64,000 nt of DNA from Macrostomum lignano. Its lineage: Eukaryota. The stretch's first letter is position 1, and each line of letters starts with the position of its first letter. The position numbers and the translations under genes were made by a program. Shown piece by piece: positions 10,398 to 23,500 of the stretch. The notes beneath the pieces are model-generated. The model saw only the letters and a program-made list of their open reading frames with translations, had not been told where the DNA came from and ran no database searches. Location of the stretch: positions 124,001 to 188,000 of the forward strand of contig NIVC01001378.1 of the NCBI GenBank assembly GCA_002269645.1. The letters are read 5' to 3'.

Positions 10398-11439
10398 GAG
10401 CTCCACCGACACACGCTGATCTGATAGTTTCTTCAATTTTAACTAACTCAACAAGTTTTACTCATATCAAGGCGCATAACTCCTGTCAATTTTAGACAGT
10501 TAATGTAAACCCTGAACTTGAGATATTTGTAACATCATCGGTAAAATAGTTATGTTTATTTCACCTCTACGACATCGCTTGCTCCGTAGGTATAGTGACT
10601 AATGAAGAGTGCAGTGTTCTGATTCAATACGGAAATGTGCCAACTGACACACAATGGAGGCCGTGGCATAGTGGGATTTGTTCCCCCCTCCCCCCAGAGA
10701 CCGGAAGAAAACTGGCGTTGTCAAGCCAGGGTTTCTGTCTCTATGGGGCGAGGCAACCCTTGAAGTTGGCTGTAAATACAGTTCACAGCTATATGCCTAC
10801 CATGCAGCCTCAATCCATATACGCCAGCATTTTCGCTGTCAAATGCAGTTTCCGATTGTAACTCGGCTTGGCATGGATAAATTAGGCTAATTAATTCCAC
10901 TCGAGTTAATTTGCAACCCCAATAGCTGTGAGCTGTTTTAGTTCCAGCTATGAGTGTTTCTCATCACAGCGCTGACTTTTCACCCACTCCAGCAAGGGGT
11001 CAAAGCACTGTCAGAAAAGCCATCAGCCATAATTACTAAATTGATTTACCCTTGGCTTTGCTTCGAAAGCTAACTGTTTCATATTGGCACAATGTCTACT
11101 AGTTTCAACTTATGCTATAGTTTACTTAATGTTTGACACCCTAACCAAACTTATGTAGTTGCTCCAACTGCATGTTTGCATATACTTGCTCTGCTGTCGC
11201 AACTATTAGCGATCATTTAACCATTTTAACTTTTTTTATTATTTTTAATCAGTAGTTCGACGCCTATATAATCGGAACAATGGTTGCTTGAGAAAGTCTA
11301 CTCTGGTTATAATATTTCTGCAGAAGTATAAAATTCTAAACTACAAATAACTCGTTTGTTGAAGGTTATTTTACCATTTTATTACAAAGAAATCACAGTG
11401 AAAGAAATCTTTACAATGACAGGAATTAACAATTAGGCA

Positions 11440-11630
11440 CACATACACACAGGGACACAAAGGCTGACACAAAGACCGATACAAAGAAACACAGACAAAA
11501 AGACAAACACAAAGACAAAAGACAAACAAAAAGTAAGACAGACGCACAGTCAGACGACAGACAGACACAAAGACACATACAAGGAAACAAAGACACACAG
11601 ACAAAATGACGGAGACAGACACAAAGTCAG
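11440..11630. repeat. Degenerate (GACA)-like simple repeat
   Basis: Repeated gacaca/gacaaa/cagac motifs. Confidence 0.8.
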
Positions 11631-12164
11631 ACTTTGATCTTTGATCAGTGTATCTCTTTCGAGACGATTTGCAAGCGTGAGTCCTTCTGTTGCCACTTGA
11701 GCAGTTCGTGCCAAAGATATTGACAAAAATCGATCCCAAAGAAGGAATTCTTCTGACTGACCTGAGAAAATGCTAAAAACTGAGCGCGCTCCAGTGGCAA
11801 CAAACTTTCTTTCATTCATTTTTCTTCTTTTTCAAATTCAGCTGAGCACAAGAACTGGCCCTCATGCCAGAGGCCGTGTTTGCAGGACAAAGGCGCGGCG
11901 CAAAAGCTGAACAAACTTCAAATATCCGCAGCTCCAACCCATGGGCTCTCCCAGTTGCTAGCACGATCATGCTCAGCTCCGCTCCCAGCAACATTGGCGC
12001 GGCACGCACGTACAAGTGTGGGAAGGCAGACTGCTGCTTGCACCTGCCAATTTGCCCCTTGGCACTTGAGCAAATTGCCTGCACTTGTTAAGAATTACCA
12101 TTTTCTATTGGCAAATTGCTTTCAACTAGAGAAATATGAGCTATCTGTATGCATGAATGCATAT

Positions 12165-12585
12165 ATCTTGTCTGTCTGTCTGCCTGTCTATCCTTCTGTC
12201 TGTCTGTCTGTCTGTCTGTCTGCCTGTCTATCCTTCTGTCTGTCTGTCTGTCTGTCCGTCTGTCTGTATATCCTTCTGTCTGTCTGTCTGTCTGCCTGTC
12301 TATCTTTCTGTCTGTCTGTCTGTCTGTCTATCTTTCTGTCTGTCTGTCTGGCTGTCTGTCTGCCTGTCTCTATCTTTCTGTCTGTCTGTCTGTCTGGCTG
12401 TCTGTCTGCCTGTCTCTATCTTTCTGTCTGTCTGTCTGCCTGTCTATCTTTCTGTCTGTCTGTCTGTATGTCTGTCTGTCTGTCTGTCTGTCTGTCTGCC
12501 TGTCTTTCTGTCTGTCTACATGTGTGTCTATCTATCCATCCATCCATCTATCTATCTATCTATCTATCTACCTATCTATCTATCT
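12165..12585. repeat. (TCTG)n microsatellite grading into (TCTA/TCCA)n
   Basis: Directly visible. Produces the spurious SVCL ORFs. Confidence 0.97.
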
Positions 12586-13134
12586 GTCAACACACGGAAT
12601 CAATCATAATCCACCCACTTTTTGTCAACACTGCAATTAGAGAATTAGCAATTATGTCTGCAGTGTTTTATCAGAAAGTAAAAAAAGAATTCACGTCAAG
12701 CAGAGCCAATTATAAAATAAGCGCTGGACCGCACAACCAGACATTGCTTATCCCTGCTCCCAATCATTGTCCATCGGAAAAACGATTGCTCAAAAATCAT
12801 ACGAGCAAGAGCTCCCCTACCGCATGGCAGCGCTCTGCATAATCAATGAATTTGGCATATTGTTGACCGATTAAACAGGGTGGTTCCTTGCTCAAATGTT
12901 CCTGTTTTAATCCCGTGCAGGGGGACATTTTATGCGTCCATTGATGGATTGATTGACCGATTCACCTGTATGCAGCCAATTTATGCCAAACAATTTACAC
13001 AAACTGGAGTGTGCAATGATGGCAACAGGACTGCAAATTAAATCCAGCTGAATTAACAACTTACTAAACAAAATGCTGGTAATCTGTTGATTGCAAAGAT
13101 GCTGAGGACTTTGCTTGCTGATGCTTGAGAAATG

Positions 13135-14975
13135 AAAAGACACTAAGATCAGGAATGCAAAGACACTAAGATTAGGAATGCAAAGACACTAAGATCAGGA
13201 ATGCAAAGACACTAAGATCAGGAATGAAAAGACACTAAGATCAGGAATGCAAAGACACTAAGATCAGGAATGCAAAGACACTAAGATCAGGAATGCAAAG
13301 ACACTAAGATCAGGAATGAAAAGACACTAAGATCAGGAATGCAAAGACACTAAGATCAGGAATGCAAAGACACTAAGATCAGGAATGCAGACACTAAGAT
13401 CAGGAATGCAAAGACACTAAGATCAGGAATGCAAAGACACTAAGATCAGGAATGCAAAGACACTAAGATCAGGAATGCAAAGACACTAAGATCAGGAATG
13501 AAAAGACACTAAGATCAGGAATGCAAAGACACTAAGATCAGGAATGCAAAGACACTAAGATCAGGAATGAAGACACTAAGATCAGGAATGAAAAGACACT
13601 AAGATCAGGAATGCAAAGACACTAAGATCAGGAATGCAAAGACACTAAGATCAGGAATGCAAAGACACTAAGATCAGGAATGCAAAGACACTAAGATCAG
13701 GAATGCAAAGACACTAAGATCAGGAATGAAGACACTAAGATCAGGAATGCAAAGACACTAAGATTAGGAATGCAAAGACACTAAGATCAGGAATGCAAAG
13801 ACACTAAGATCAGGAATGCAGAGACTAAGATCAGGAATGCAAAGACACTAAGATCAGGAATGAAGACACTAAGATCAGGAATGCAAAGACACTAAGATCA
13901 GGAATGAAAAGACACTAAGATCAGGAATGCAAAGACACTAAGATCAGGAATGAAAAGACACTAAGATCAGGAATGCAGACACTAAGATCAGGAATGCAAA
14001 GACACTAAGATCAGGAATGAAAAGACACTAAGATCAGGAATGCAAAGACACTAAGATCAGGAATGCAGACACTAAGATCAGGAATGAAAAGACACTAAGT
14101 TCAGGAATGCAAAGACACTAAGATCAGGAATGCAAAGACACTAAGATCAGGAATGCAAAGACACTAAGATCAGGAATGCAGACACTAAGATCAGGAATGC
14201 AGACACTAAGATCAGGAATGCAAAGACACTAAGATTAGGAATGCAAAGACACTAAGATTAGGAATGCAAAGACACTAAGATCAGGAATGCAAAGACACTA
14301 AGATCAGGAATGCAAAGCCACTAAGATCAGGAATGCAAAGACACTAAGATCAGGAATGCAAAGACACTAAGATCAGGAATGCAAAGACACTAAGATCAGG
14401 AATGCAAAGACACTAAGATCAGGAATGCAGACACTAAGATCAGGAATGCAAAGACACTAAGATCAGGAATGCAAAGACACTAAGATCAGGAATGCAAAGA
14501 CACTAAGATCAGGAATGCAAAGACACTAAGATCAGGAATGAAAAGACACTAAGATCAGGAATGCAAAGACACTAAGATCAGGAATGCAAAGCCACTAAGA
14601 TCAGGAATGCAAAGACACTAAGATCAGGAATGCAAAGACACTAAGATCAGGAATGCAAAGACACTAAGATCAGGAATGAAGACACTAAGATCAGGAATGC
14701 AAAGACACTAAGATTAGGAATGCAAAGACACTAAGATCAGGAATGCAAAGACACTAAGATCAGGAATGCAGAGACTAAGATCAGGAATGCAAAGACACTA
14801 AGATCAGGAATGCAGAGACTAAGATCAGGAATGCAAAGACACTAAGATCAGGAATGCAGAGACTAAGATCAGGAATGCAAAGACACTAAGATCAGGAATG
14901 AAGACACTAAGATTAGGAATGCAAAGACACTAAGATCAGGAATGCAAAGACACTAAGATCAGGAATGCAAAGACA
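13135..14975. repeat. Satellite array, 23-bp unit GACACTAAGATCAGGAATGCAAA, about 80 copies
   Basis: Directly visible, with small indel and substitution variants. Confidence 0.98.
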
Positions 14976-15609
14976 CGGACAAGCCTGGAAACGCGTGAAA
15001 TTCTAAAAGCGAACTACTGCGTTAATCAGTGACTGACTAATTCTAATCACGTAATCCTCTTGCCTAATCCGACAGCAAAGTCGGATAAACACGCAGTCGA
15101 ATTAACAATAATAAATTAAACCCCATCTGAAATCTCCATTAAGCATTGCAGAAGCCGCCAGCAACACAGCAAACCACGGAAAGATCAAGCTGCATTGACG
15201 TCAGCAATTCAGCAAGGCCGCACTATAAATGCTCGAAGTGCTGTAAATAAGCGCTTATGATAAGGCCTGAATCTGAAATCCAGCTTGGCACACAGTCTTA
15301 ACCTGATAGCGCATATTGCTTTGAGAATTGCATAGCGTTGCATTGGCAAATATACCCAGCTTTGAAAGGCATGGGATGTCCCGATGGGGCACTTAGTGAA
15401 TTTATTATAGTCATGGAATTTTTATAGCTCTTTTTTAGGTCATCGCGAAATACTAACGGCCAATAGGCTAAATGTTTCAAAATATGTCTGACTAGACAAG
15501 ATAACAAAAATTTATTCATTATTCGGTGTGGCTGGCGGCCCGAACTTGCTTTATAATACTTGGAGACAGCGTAAAAAAGTAATTATATGATAGGCTCCGA
15601 TACAAAAAT

Positions 15610-15777
15610 ACAGACAGACAGACAGACCGACAGACACAGACAGACAGACAGACAGACACACAGGCAGACAGACAGTCAGACAGGCGGGCATACAGACAGA
15701 CAGACAGACAGACCGACAGACACAGACAGACAGACAGACAGACACACAGGCAGACAGACAGTCAGACAGGCGGGCAT

Positions 15778-15820
<43 letters not shown>

Positions 15821-16665
15821 CCAAGACAGACAGACAGACGGACAAACAGACAGGCAGACACACAGACAGACAGGCAGACAGACAGACAGACAGACACACA
15901 GACAGACAGACAGACAGAGAGACAAGTCAGACAGACAGACAAGTCAGACAGACAGACAGACAGGCAGACAGACAGACAGACAGACAGGCAGACAGACAGT
16001 CAGACAGACAGGCAGTCAGGCAGACAGACAGACAGTCAGGCAGACAGACAGACAGGCAGGCAGACAAACATTCAGGCAGATAGACAGACAGGCAGACAGT
16101 CAGACAGACAGACAGACAGTCAGGCAGACAGACAGGCAGGCAGGCAGACAGTCAGTCAGGCAGACAGACAGACAGTCAGGCAGACAGACAGACAGTCAGG
16201 CAGACAGACAGGCAGACAGTCAGACAGACAGACAGTCAGTCAGACAGACAGGCAGACAGACAGGCAGACAGTCAGGCAGACAGACAGACAGGCAGACAGA
16301 CAGACAGACAGGCAGACAGACAGGCAGACAGGCAGACAGACAGGCAGACAGTCAGACAGACAGTCAGTCAGGCAGACAGACAGACAGTCAGACAGTCAGA
16401 CAGACAGACAGGCAGACAGTCAGACAGACAGACAGTCAGTCAGACAGACAGGCAGACAGACAGGCAGACAGTCAGGCAGACAGACAGACAGGCAGACAGA
16501 CAGACAGACAGGCAGACAGACAGGCAGACAGGCAGACAGACAGACAGGCAGACAGTCAGGCAGACAGACAGACAGACAGACAGGCAGACAGACAGACAGA
16601 CAGGCAGACAAGCAGACAGACAGGCAGACAGACAGACAGACAGACAGACAGAAAGGCAGACAGGC
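15610..16665. repeat. (GACA/GGCA)n microsatellite
   Basis: Directly visible. Produces the spurious DRQT ORF. Confidence 0.98.
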
Positions 16666-17149
16666 ACAAGCATATCCCTAGAAACCCACCATCAGCCCCT
16701 TACCACAGTTACAAGAAATCAAGCCAACAAAAATCCTACTAAAAACTGCAGCAACATTTCGTGTCCACAAAACTGACGAGCAACATATAAAATGCCCAAA
16801 CTGGGATTATATTTAATGCCACAGCAGTGCAACTCGCGGTGCTCAACTGCAGTACCAAATGCGTTGGCCGAGTTAGAAAATGACAATTCTTAAACTTTAA
16901 ATTCTTGGCCAACTTTAACAAATCTTTAGCCAAAAAGAAGACAACGCACAATGGGCACAGCGGGAAGGAAGGAAGATGAAATCAACAGGAAAGTAGGACA
17001 ATGATAAATCAGAGACAATTACACATCACTTGCTAAGCATTTGCATCAGTGAACCACATTAATAAATGGAAATCGAAAAAAAACTTCTCAACTCATGCCT
17101 TAATTGTACTCTGTTTGAAATCTGAATTCGAATTTGAATATAATTTAAA

Positions 17150-17470
17150 GACCCTGATCTCAACCTGAACTAAAAGCCGAAATCTAAACCTGACCTAAAA
17201 GCCCGAATCTAAATCTGATCTATAACCTTGAATCTTAACCTGACCTAAAATACTCGAATCTAAATCTGATCTATAAACTTGAATCTAAACCTGAACTAAA
17301 AACCCAAATCTAAATCTGATCTATAAACTTGAATCTAAACCTGACCTAAAAAACCCGAATCTAAATCTGATCTATAAACTTGAATCTAAACCTGACCTAA
17401 AAAACCCGAATCTAAACCTGATCTAAAAACCAAGCCTGAACCCGAAACTTCGATAATCCCTGTTCAAAAC
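17150..17470. repeat. ~50-bp dimeric minisatellite (AATCTAAATCTGATCTATAAACTTG / AATCTAAACCTGACCTAAAAAACCCG) downstream of the UTP20 stop codon
   Basis: Directly visible tandem copies. Confidence 0.85.
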
Positions 17471-17547
17471 TAAGCCCTAACAGTCCGAATATTAGAAAAC
17501 AAGCCGGACTTTAGACACAGAACACCGGAGCAATGCGTCAGCCAGTC

Positions 17548-20500
17548 CTATTTCTTAGAAGCAGCCAGACCGCCACGTCGGGCCAATTTAAACTTGGCAA
17601 TCTTGGCCTTGGCCGCTTCAGCTTTCTTTTGCTGTTTGCGGCGTTTCCGTCTAGCGAACACTTCCGGTTGAGTGACGGCGGCGGCAGCCAGCGATCCGGC
17701 ACGGTCGGACCGGGCAGCAGCTCGCGACCTGGTCAGCTGGGCCAGCGCCGAGGCCACGGCGGACTCTCCGACGCCCCGTCGCAGTGTGTCCAACAGCGAG
17801 TGCGCCAGATCGGTCACTTCTGGCGAAGCATTTCGCTGTCGAAGTTCGCGCGCCGCCACGGCCAGGCACCGGCGAAGACAGCCGGACGATTCCAAAGCGT
17901 CACCGCCCAGCACGGAGGCCACCCCGGCGCACACCTTCAAGGCTAGGCAGCGGCGAAGCGTTGACGGCTTCAAATGCTGCAATTCGTAGCGCGACTCTCG
18001 GCCAACTCTGAGCAGAATCCATTCGGTTGAGAAGCCTTTATCTGCGCCGGTTAAACCGGCTGTTGCTGGACTCGCGTCACTACCCAGTTCTAGCTGGTGA
18101 ACCCGACAGCACAGGTGAACAAGTGCGCGAGCCACATCGTCTGACCAGGCCTCATCCAGGTGAGGCGATTTTAACTGATCAAAAAATGCCAAGGCCAGAG
18201 TGCGACAGTGAGACATGGCTGAGTCTGTGTCAGTCATTGCCGGCTGGGACTGCTCAGCCAGTCTGTTAGCAACCAACTGCAGACAGCGACGCCGAACCCA
18301 AGCGAACCGATGATTCAGCAGGCTCTCTAACAATGACCAGATGTCTGTGTGTACCTGCTGCAGCTGCAGCGCATTGGGACATCTGGCTAACAAGTCAACA
18401 CAACGGAACAGAGCATGATCGATTGCTTCGTTTACCACGTCAGTCTCTTGAGCTTGTTTCAGGCTTTTAGGCTTTTGCTCGTGTTCGGCTGTACTCAAAG
18501 ATGCATCAGCTAGTTGCTTCAACAGTTCAGCTAAGCAGGTGTGCAATTCAACTGTGGACCAGTTCTCTTCATCGCCGCTCTCTGTTTCAACTTCTCTGTA
18601 CTCAAAAAACGACAAAGCCGCAGTCAGACCCAGGCGTTGTTGAACAACCCGTTGCGACAACTGTTTAACATCCGTGCGCATCAGACGCAAAGCTGAGGCA
18701 AACAATTCTCTGCGCTGATCTGCGCCGCATCTGCGCAACAGGCCGTGCAAGCAGTCGGTTAGCCGGGCTCTCAGCTGATCATTGCATTCCGAGTCTGCGG
18801 CTACTAACAGTTTGAGGAACAGCACCCTGGCCAGATCGCCATTCACCAGCCAGTCAGCTGAGATGCAGTGGATCAGGGAGGCCAGCATCTGCACAGCCGA
18901 GCTCCTACCATCCACGCCATCGTAATCCAACTGAACTAAGAAGAAGTCCAAATAGCGTCGTACAGTTTTAGCTGGCAGTTGATAATCTCTTAGATAGATT
19001 AACAGACAGTCGCGCGACTGACTGCGAACATAGTCTAGCGCAGATGTGACCACTAGACGACGCAAGGAGTCCATGATAGAGGACAGACTGGCGTGATCTT
19101 TCTCAGTTTCAACGTCTAATTCGTGTCTCAGCTGCGGCTTAGGGTTGAGGCGTTTAGCTAGCAAAGCTCGGAGCAAAGGAAAAGCGTGACTGGCCCTGTG
19201 CGGACTGTCCACATCCAGAGCGATGTAGTCTACTATGGTGACCAGATCCGGCTGCGACAGCGCGTCGTGTCTAATAAGAACGGCTAAAGTTTTATGCAGC
19301 AACTGTTGCAATTGAGACGGCTGCTGCAACTGTTGCCTAGTTGACCAGTGCAAGCTTTGCTCGTTAAACAGAGCCAGAACGCGCTTAGCAATCGGCCGGT
19401 AAGCGTTGCTGGATTGGCCTTGGCCTTTATCGAGATCAGCAGCAGCTGTAGCCGCCAACTGATGCAGGGGAACCAGACGGCTGAGACACTGCAGAGCCGC
19501 CGTGAGCACAGCTGTGTGTTGCGAATCCAACGAGCTCAACAGAATCGGCACAAACGGATCCAGCATCCGACGCGATATCGGGGAGCAGTTTTTATTCTTG
19601 CCGCTCTCTGAGTCGCTTTTTGATGAAGCATTTCTGAGCACAGCGTAGAGCAATCTCAGGCCGAATCTTAGCAGCACTTGATAGCTGCCGAGCTGCGCGG
19701 GTCGCGTCTCGGATCTGGCAGGCTCCGGGTCCAGTAGTCGACAGTCCGGGCCGCGAATGCCGACACTTCGATGCTCAGCCGCGGGTTCGATTCCTGATGC
19801 TACTAACAATTTATCTTTCGAATTATTATCGCCATTCTGTTCGTCGCCTGCTCGACGACAGAGCAGGTGAGCGGCGGTTAGCAACTGTTCGTCTGTTAAT
19901 CCGCTGTTGCCAGGCAACGAGTCGGCTCGTTCCAGCTGACCGCAGAGTCGTTCGAGTTTTTTAAGCGCGGCTAAGCTGCGCACAGCGGAGCACTGATTGG
20001 CCAGAATGTTGGTGAGCTGGGCCAGGCCGGTTGGGCCCACCATGGAGCCAAGGCGGTGCATCACGCTATAGGCGTGAGTGCGCTGCGCCTCAGGCAGCTT
20101 GCGGGTGAGCGCTTCCACCTGCGAGGGGGGGTGGGGTGGCGTAGATATCTAGAGACTATTTGTACTTTGATCTGACTCTCTAGGCTAAGATTAAGAACAA
20201 TATGTTGATTAAGTGGATTTCAGATCTACGAATTAAGACTAAGATCCCTCGTAGATAGGGAGTGATGGGATATGGAAGTTTTGATCTATAGATAGTGTGT
20301 GATGGGATTTAAGATTTGTGATTTATAGATAGGGAGTGGTTCTTGATTTATAGACAGGGAGTGGTTCTTGATTTATAGATAGGGAGTGGTTCTTGATCTA
20401 TAGATAGGGAGTGGTTCTTAATCTATAGATAGGAAGTGATGGGATTTTGTGATCTATAGATAGGGAGTGGTTCTCGATCTTTAGATAGGAAGTGGAATTT

Positions 20501-23500
20501 TGTGATCTATAGATAGGGAATGATTGGATCTGGGATTTGTGATCTATAGATAGGGAATGATTGGATCTGGAATTTGTGATCTATAGATAGGGAATGATTG
20601 GATCTGGGATTTGTGATCTGTAGATAGGGAATGATTGGATCTGGGATTTGTGATCTATAGATAGGGAATGATTGGATCTGGAATTTGTGATCTATAGATA
20701 GGGAATGATTGGATCTGGGATTTGTGATCTATAGATAGGGAATGATTGGATCTGGGATTTGTGATCTATAGATAGGGAATGATTGGATCTGGGATTTGTG
20801 ATCTATAGATAGGAGTGAACTCAATTTGGCAGTTTTGATTTATAGATAGGGAGTGATGGGATTTGGCAGTTTTGATCTATAGATAGGGAGTGTGATGGGA
20901 TTTGGCAGTTTTGATCTAGATAGGGAGTGATTGGACTTAATTTATGAATTAATATACGAGTAATTAGGGAGACGGAATTTGGGATTTTTTATTTAGATAG
21001 GGAATAATTGGAATGAATTTATGACCTAATTAGGATAATCCGGGATTTCGGGTATCTAGATTAGGAGATGGGAACTCAGAATTCAAACAAGAGTGAACTT
21101 TAAATCTCAAGTGATAACTAAAAACGGAAGTACAACATCGCAATAGAATCAATTCTAGACCTCTTTCTCCTTGGACAAGTCGCCCAACAATTCGTCCATG
21201 TAGATGCGGCACAGCCGATCCAGGGTCTCGCCATCCAGACAGCCGGTAGGCATGCCAGCAGCCTGGCAGTGACGCAACAGAGAGTGCAGCGTGTGCGCCA
21301 ACACGTGCCGAGTGTATCCTCTAGCCAATAGCAGGCTCAATTCCCTGGCAACAAAGCCTAGATAGTCGTTGCCTAGCAACTGTACAACTCGTACTAAAGT
21401 TGCACCGGCCTCTTTGCGTACGGCGTGTTCCCGACTGCGAAGGAACTCCGCTAGCCGATAGACCAGCTTAGGCAGGCGTTGGTCTCGCAGCCGGCGGGGT
21501 AGCTTAGCTAATAATTGAGCGAGGGCCACGGCCACGGATACTTGAAGCACCTGGGGCTCCTGTCGCGGCGCCAACCGGTGCTGCTGCTCAGCGGCGGTCT
21601 TGTCTCTGGACAGGTGGCGCTCCAATCGGGGACAGACGAATTCTATTAGAAAAGTCAACGGCCCGCTGCCTCCCATTGATCTAGTGGCGCTATTTGACGC
21701 TTCTGGTTCTTCGTTAGTTACTTCCGGTTCGCCATTAGTCACTTCCGGTTCGCCTTTAGTCACTTCCAGTTTTCTATTAGTCATTTCCGGTTCGCCTTTA
21801 GTCACTTCCGGTTCGCCTATAGTCACTTCCGGTTCGCCTTTAGTCACTTCCGGTTTGCCATTAGTCACTTCCGATTTGCTATTAGTCACTTCCGGTCTGC
21901 CATTATTCACTTCCGGTGACAATTTTTTCGCTCGTTTAACCGTTGCAAAAATGTTACTAACCGGAACCGATTGCTGGAAGAAACGCAATCGTCGCTTCCG
22001 ATTGCCAGATTGCTTGCTAGCCGCTTCCGGTTCGATTTCTAATTGATCATCCTCGTCTACTTCTCCGATTTCTCCCAGACCGGACAGGGCGGCAACGGCC
22101 AGCCGCACTGGCAGCTTGGATTCCGTAGCCGGCCCGTCCAAGCCTTTCAGGCAGAGTTTGAGCAGCTGCTGCAGCATCGGCCAAGACAGACGGGAGCTGA
22201 TGGAGGCCAGCAGCTCTAAAGAGGATTCTATTAAGCTGCGTCTGTTAGAAGCTTGCTGCTGCTGCTGCTGTTTCCCTGCTGAAGCAGACCGGCCGCTCTT
22301 GTGCAAATAGTGCATAGGCAGCGGCAGCAGGTAGTGATACAGCAGATTAGCAGGGATGCAATCCCCTCTAGGGCTGGCTAGATAGGTGATCAGCTGGCGG
22401 AATCCTTTCACGATTCGAGCCGACTAGAGAGAAGGTTAAATTGAGACAGGTGAGACCATACACAGGATAGTCCATACTATACAGACTAAACAATCATGTA
22501 GATAAACATTTACTCACATTGACGCTGCGAACATTGTCGAAAAATGAGTCGTTGACTGAGGCAGATGTCGAACTGCCGGCGCTTGCATCTGCAGATGCCT
22601 GCTGCTGCTGCTGCTGCTGCTGCTGGGCCGACGGCAGGAGACCCGCTAATCCTTGCAGGCGAGCATGGCGACCGAATTCGGTAACAATTTTGCCTAGTAG
22701 GCCGATGTATTCCACGCGACGGTTCTGTTGCCAGGCAGGGTTTTGGGAGCATGGGAGAAATTAGAGAAATTCATTTTATACAGTTTGGGATCCAGAGCTA
22801 CACTGTTATGGGAGATTCTAGAATGGGGGGGGGAAGAATGGGGATCTAGAGCTAGACTGTTATGAGATATTCTAGAATGGATGGGAAGAATGGGGATCTA
22901 GAGCTAGACTGTTATGAGATATTCTAGAATGGATGGGAAGAATGGGGATCTAGAGCTAGACTGTTATGAGAAATTCTACAATGGATGGGAAGAATGGGGA
23001 TCTAGAGCTAGACTGTTATGAGATATTCTAGAATGGATGGGAAGAATGGGGATCTAGAGCTAGACTGTTATGAGATATTCTAGAATGGATGGGAAGAATG
23101 GGGATCTAGAGCTAGACTGTTATGAGATATTCTAGAATGGATGGGAAGAATGGGGGTCTAGAGCTAGACTGTTATGAGAAATTCTACAATGGATGGGAAG
23201 AATGGGGATCTAGAGCTAGACTGTTATGAGATATTCTAGAATGGATGGGAAGAATGGGGATCTAGAGCTAGACTGTTATGAGATATTCTAGAATGGATGG
23301 GAAGAATGGGGATCTAGAGCTAGACTGTTATGAGAAATTCTACAATGGATGGGAAGAATGGGGATCTAGAGCTAGACTGTTATGAGATATTCTAGAATGG
23401 ATGGGAAGAATGGGGATCTAGAGCTAGACTGTTATGAGATATTCTAGAATGGATGGGAAGAATGGGGATCTAGAGCTAGACTGTTATGAGATATTCTAGA

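Noticed and set aside
8499-10436. Antisense/alternative-frame ORFs over P2X (8499-9179, 9721-10377 etc.)
   Set aside because: Expected shadows of GC-rich coding sequence; no recognisable motifs.
10600-10660. Hammerhead or HDV-like ribozyme
   Set aside because: No CTGAnGA...GAAA core with supporting stems could be built.
13135-14975. CRISPR-like array (also considered for 28300-28700)
   Set aside because: Units are head-to-tail with no unique spacers, there are no cas genes, and the context is eukaryotic.
11880-16681. Long ORFs rich in SVCL or DRQT (11880-12842, 12149-12640, 15587-16681 etc.)
   Set aside because: Translations of TCTG/GACA microsatellites.
21630-21960. The PEVT repeat region as an intron (donor CCG|GTTAGT, acceptor TTTTCTAATAG|)
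   Set aside because: The donor is phase 0 and the acceptor phase 1; the read-through frame is open and falls in a variable loop.
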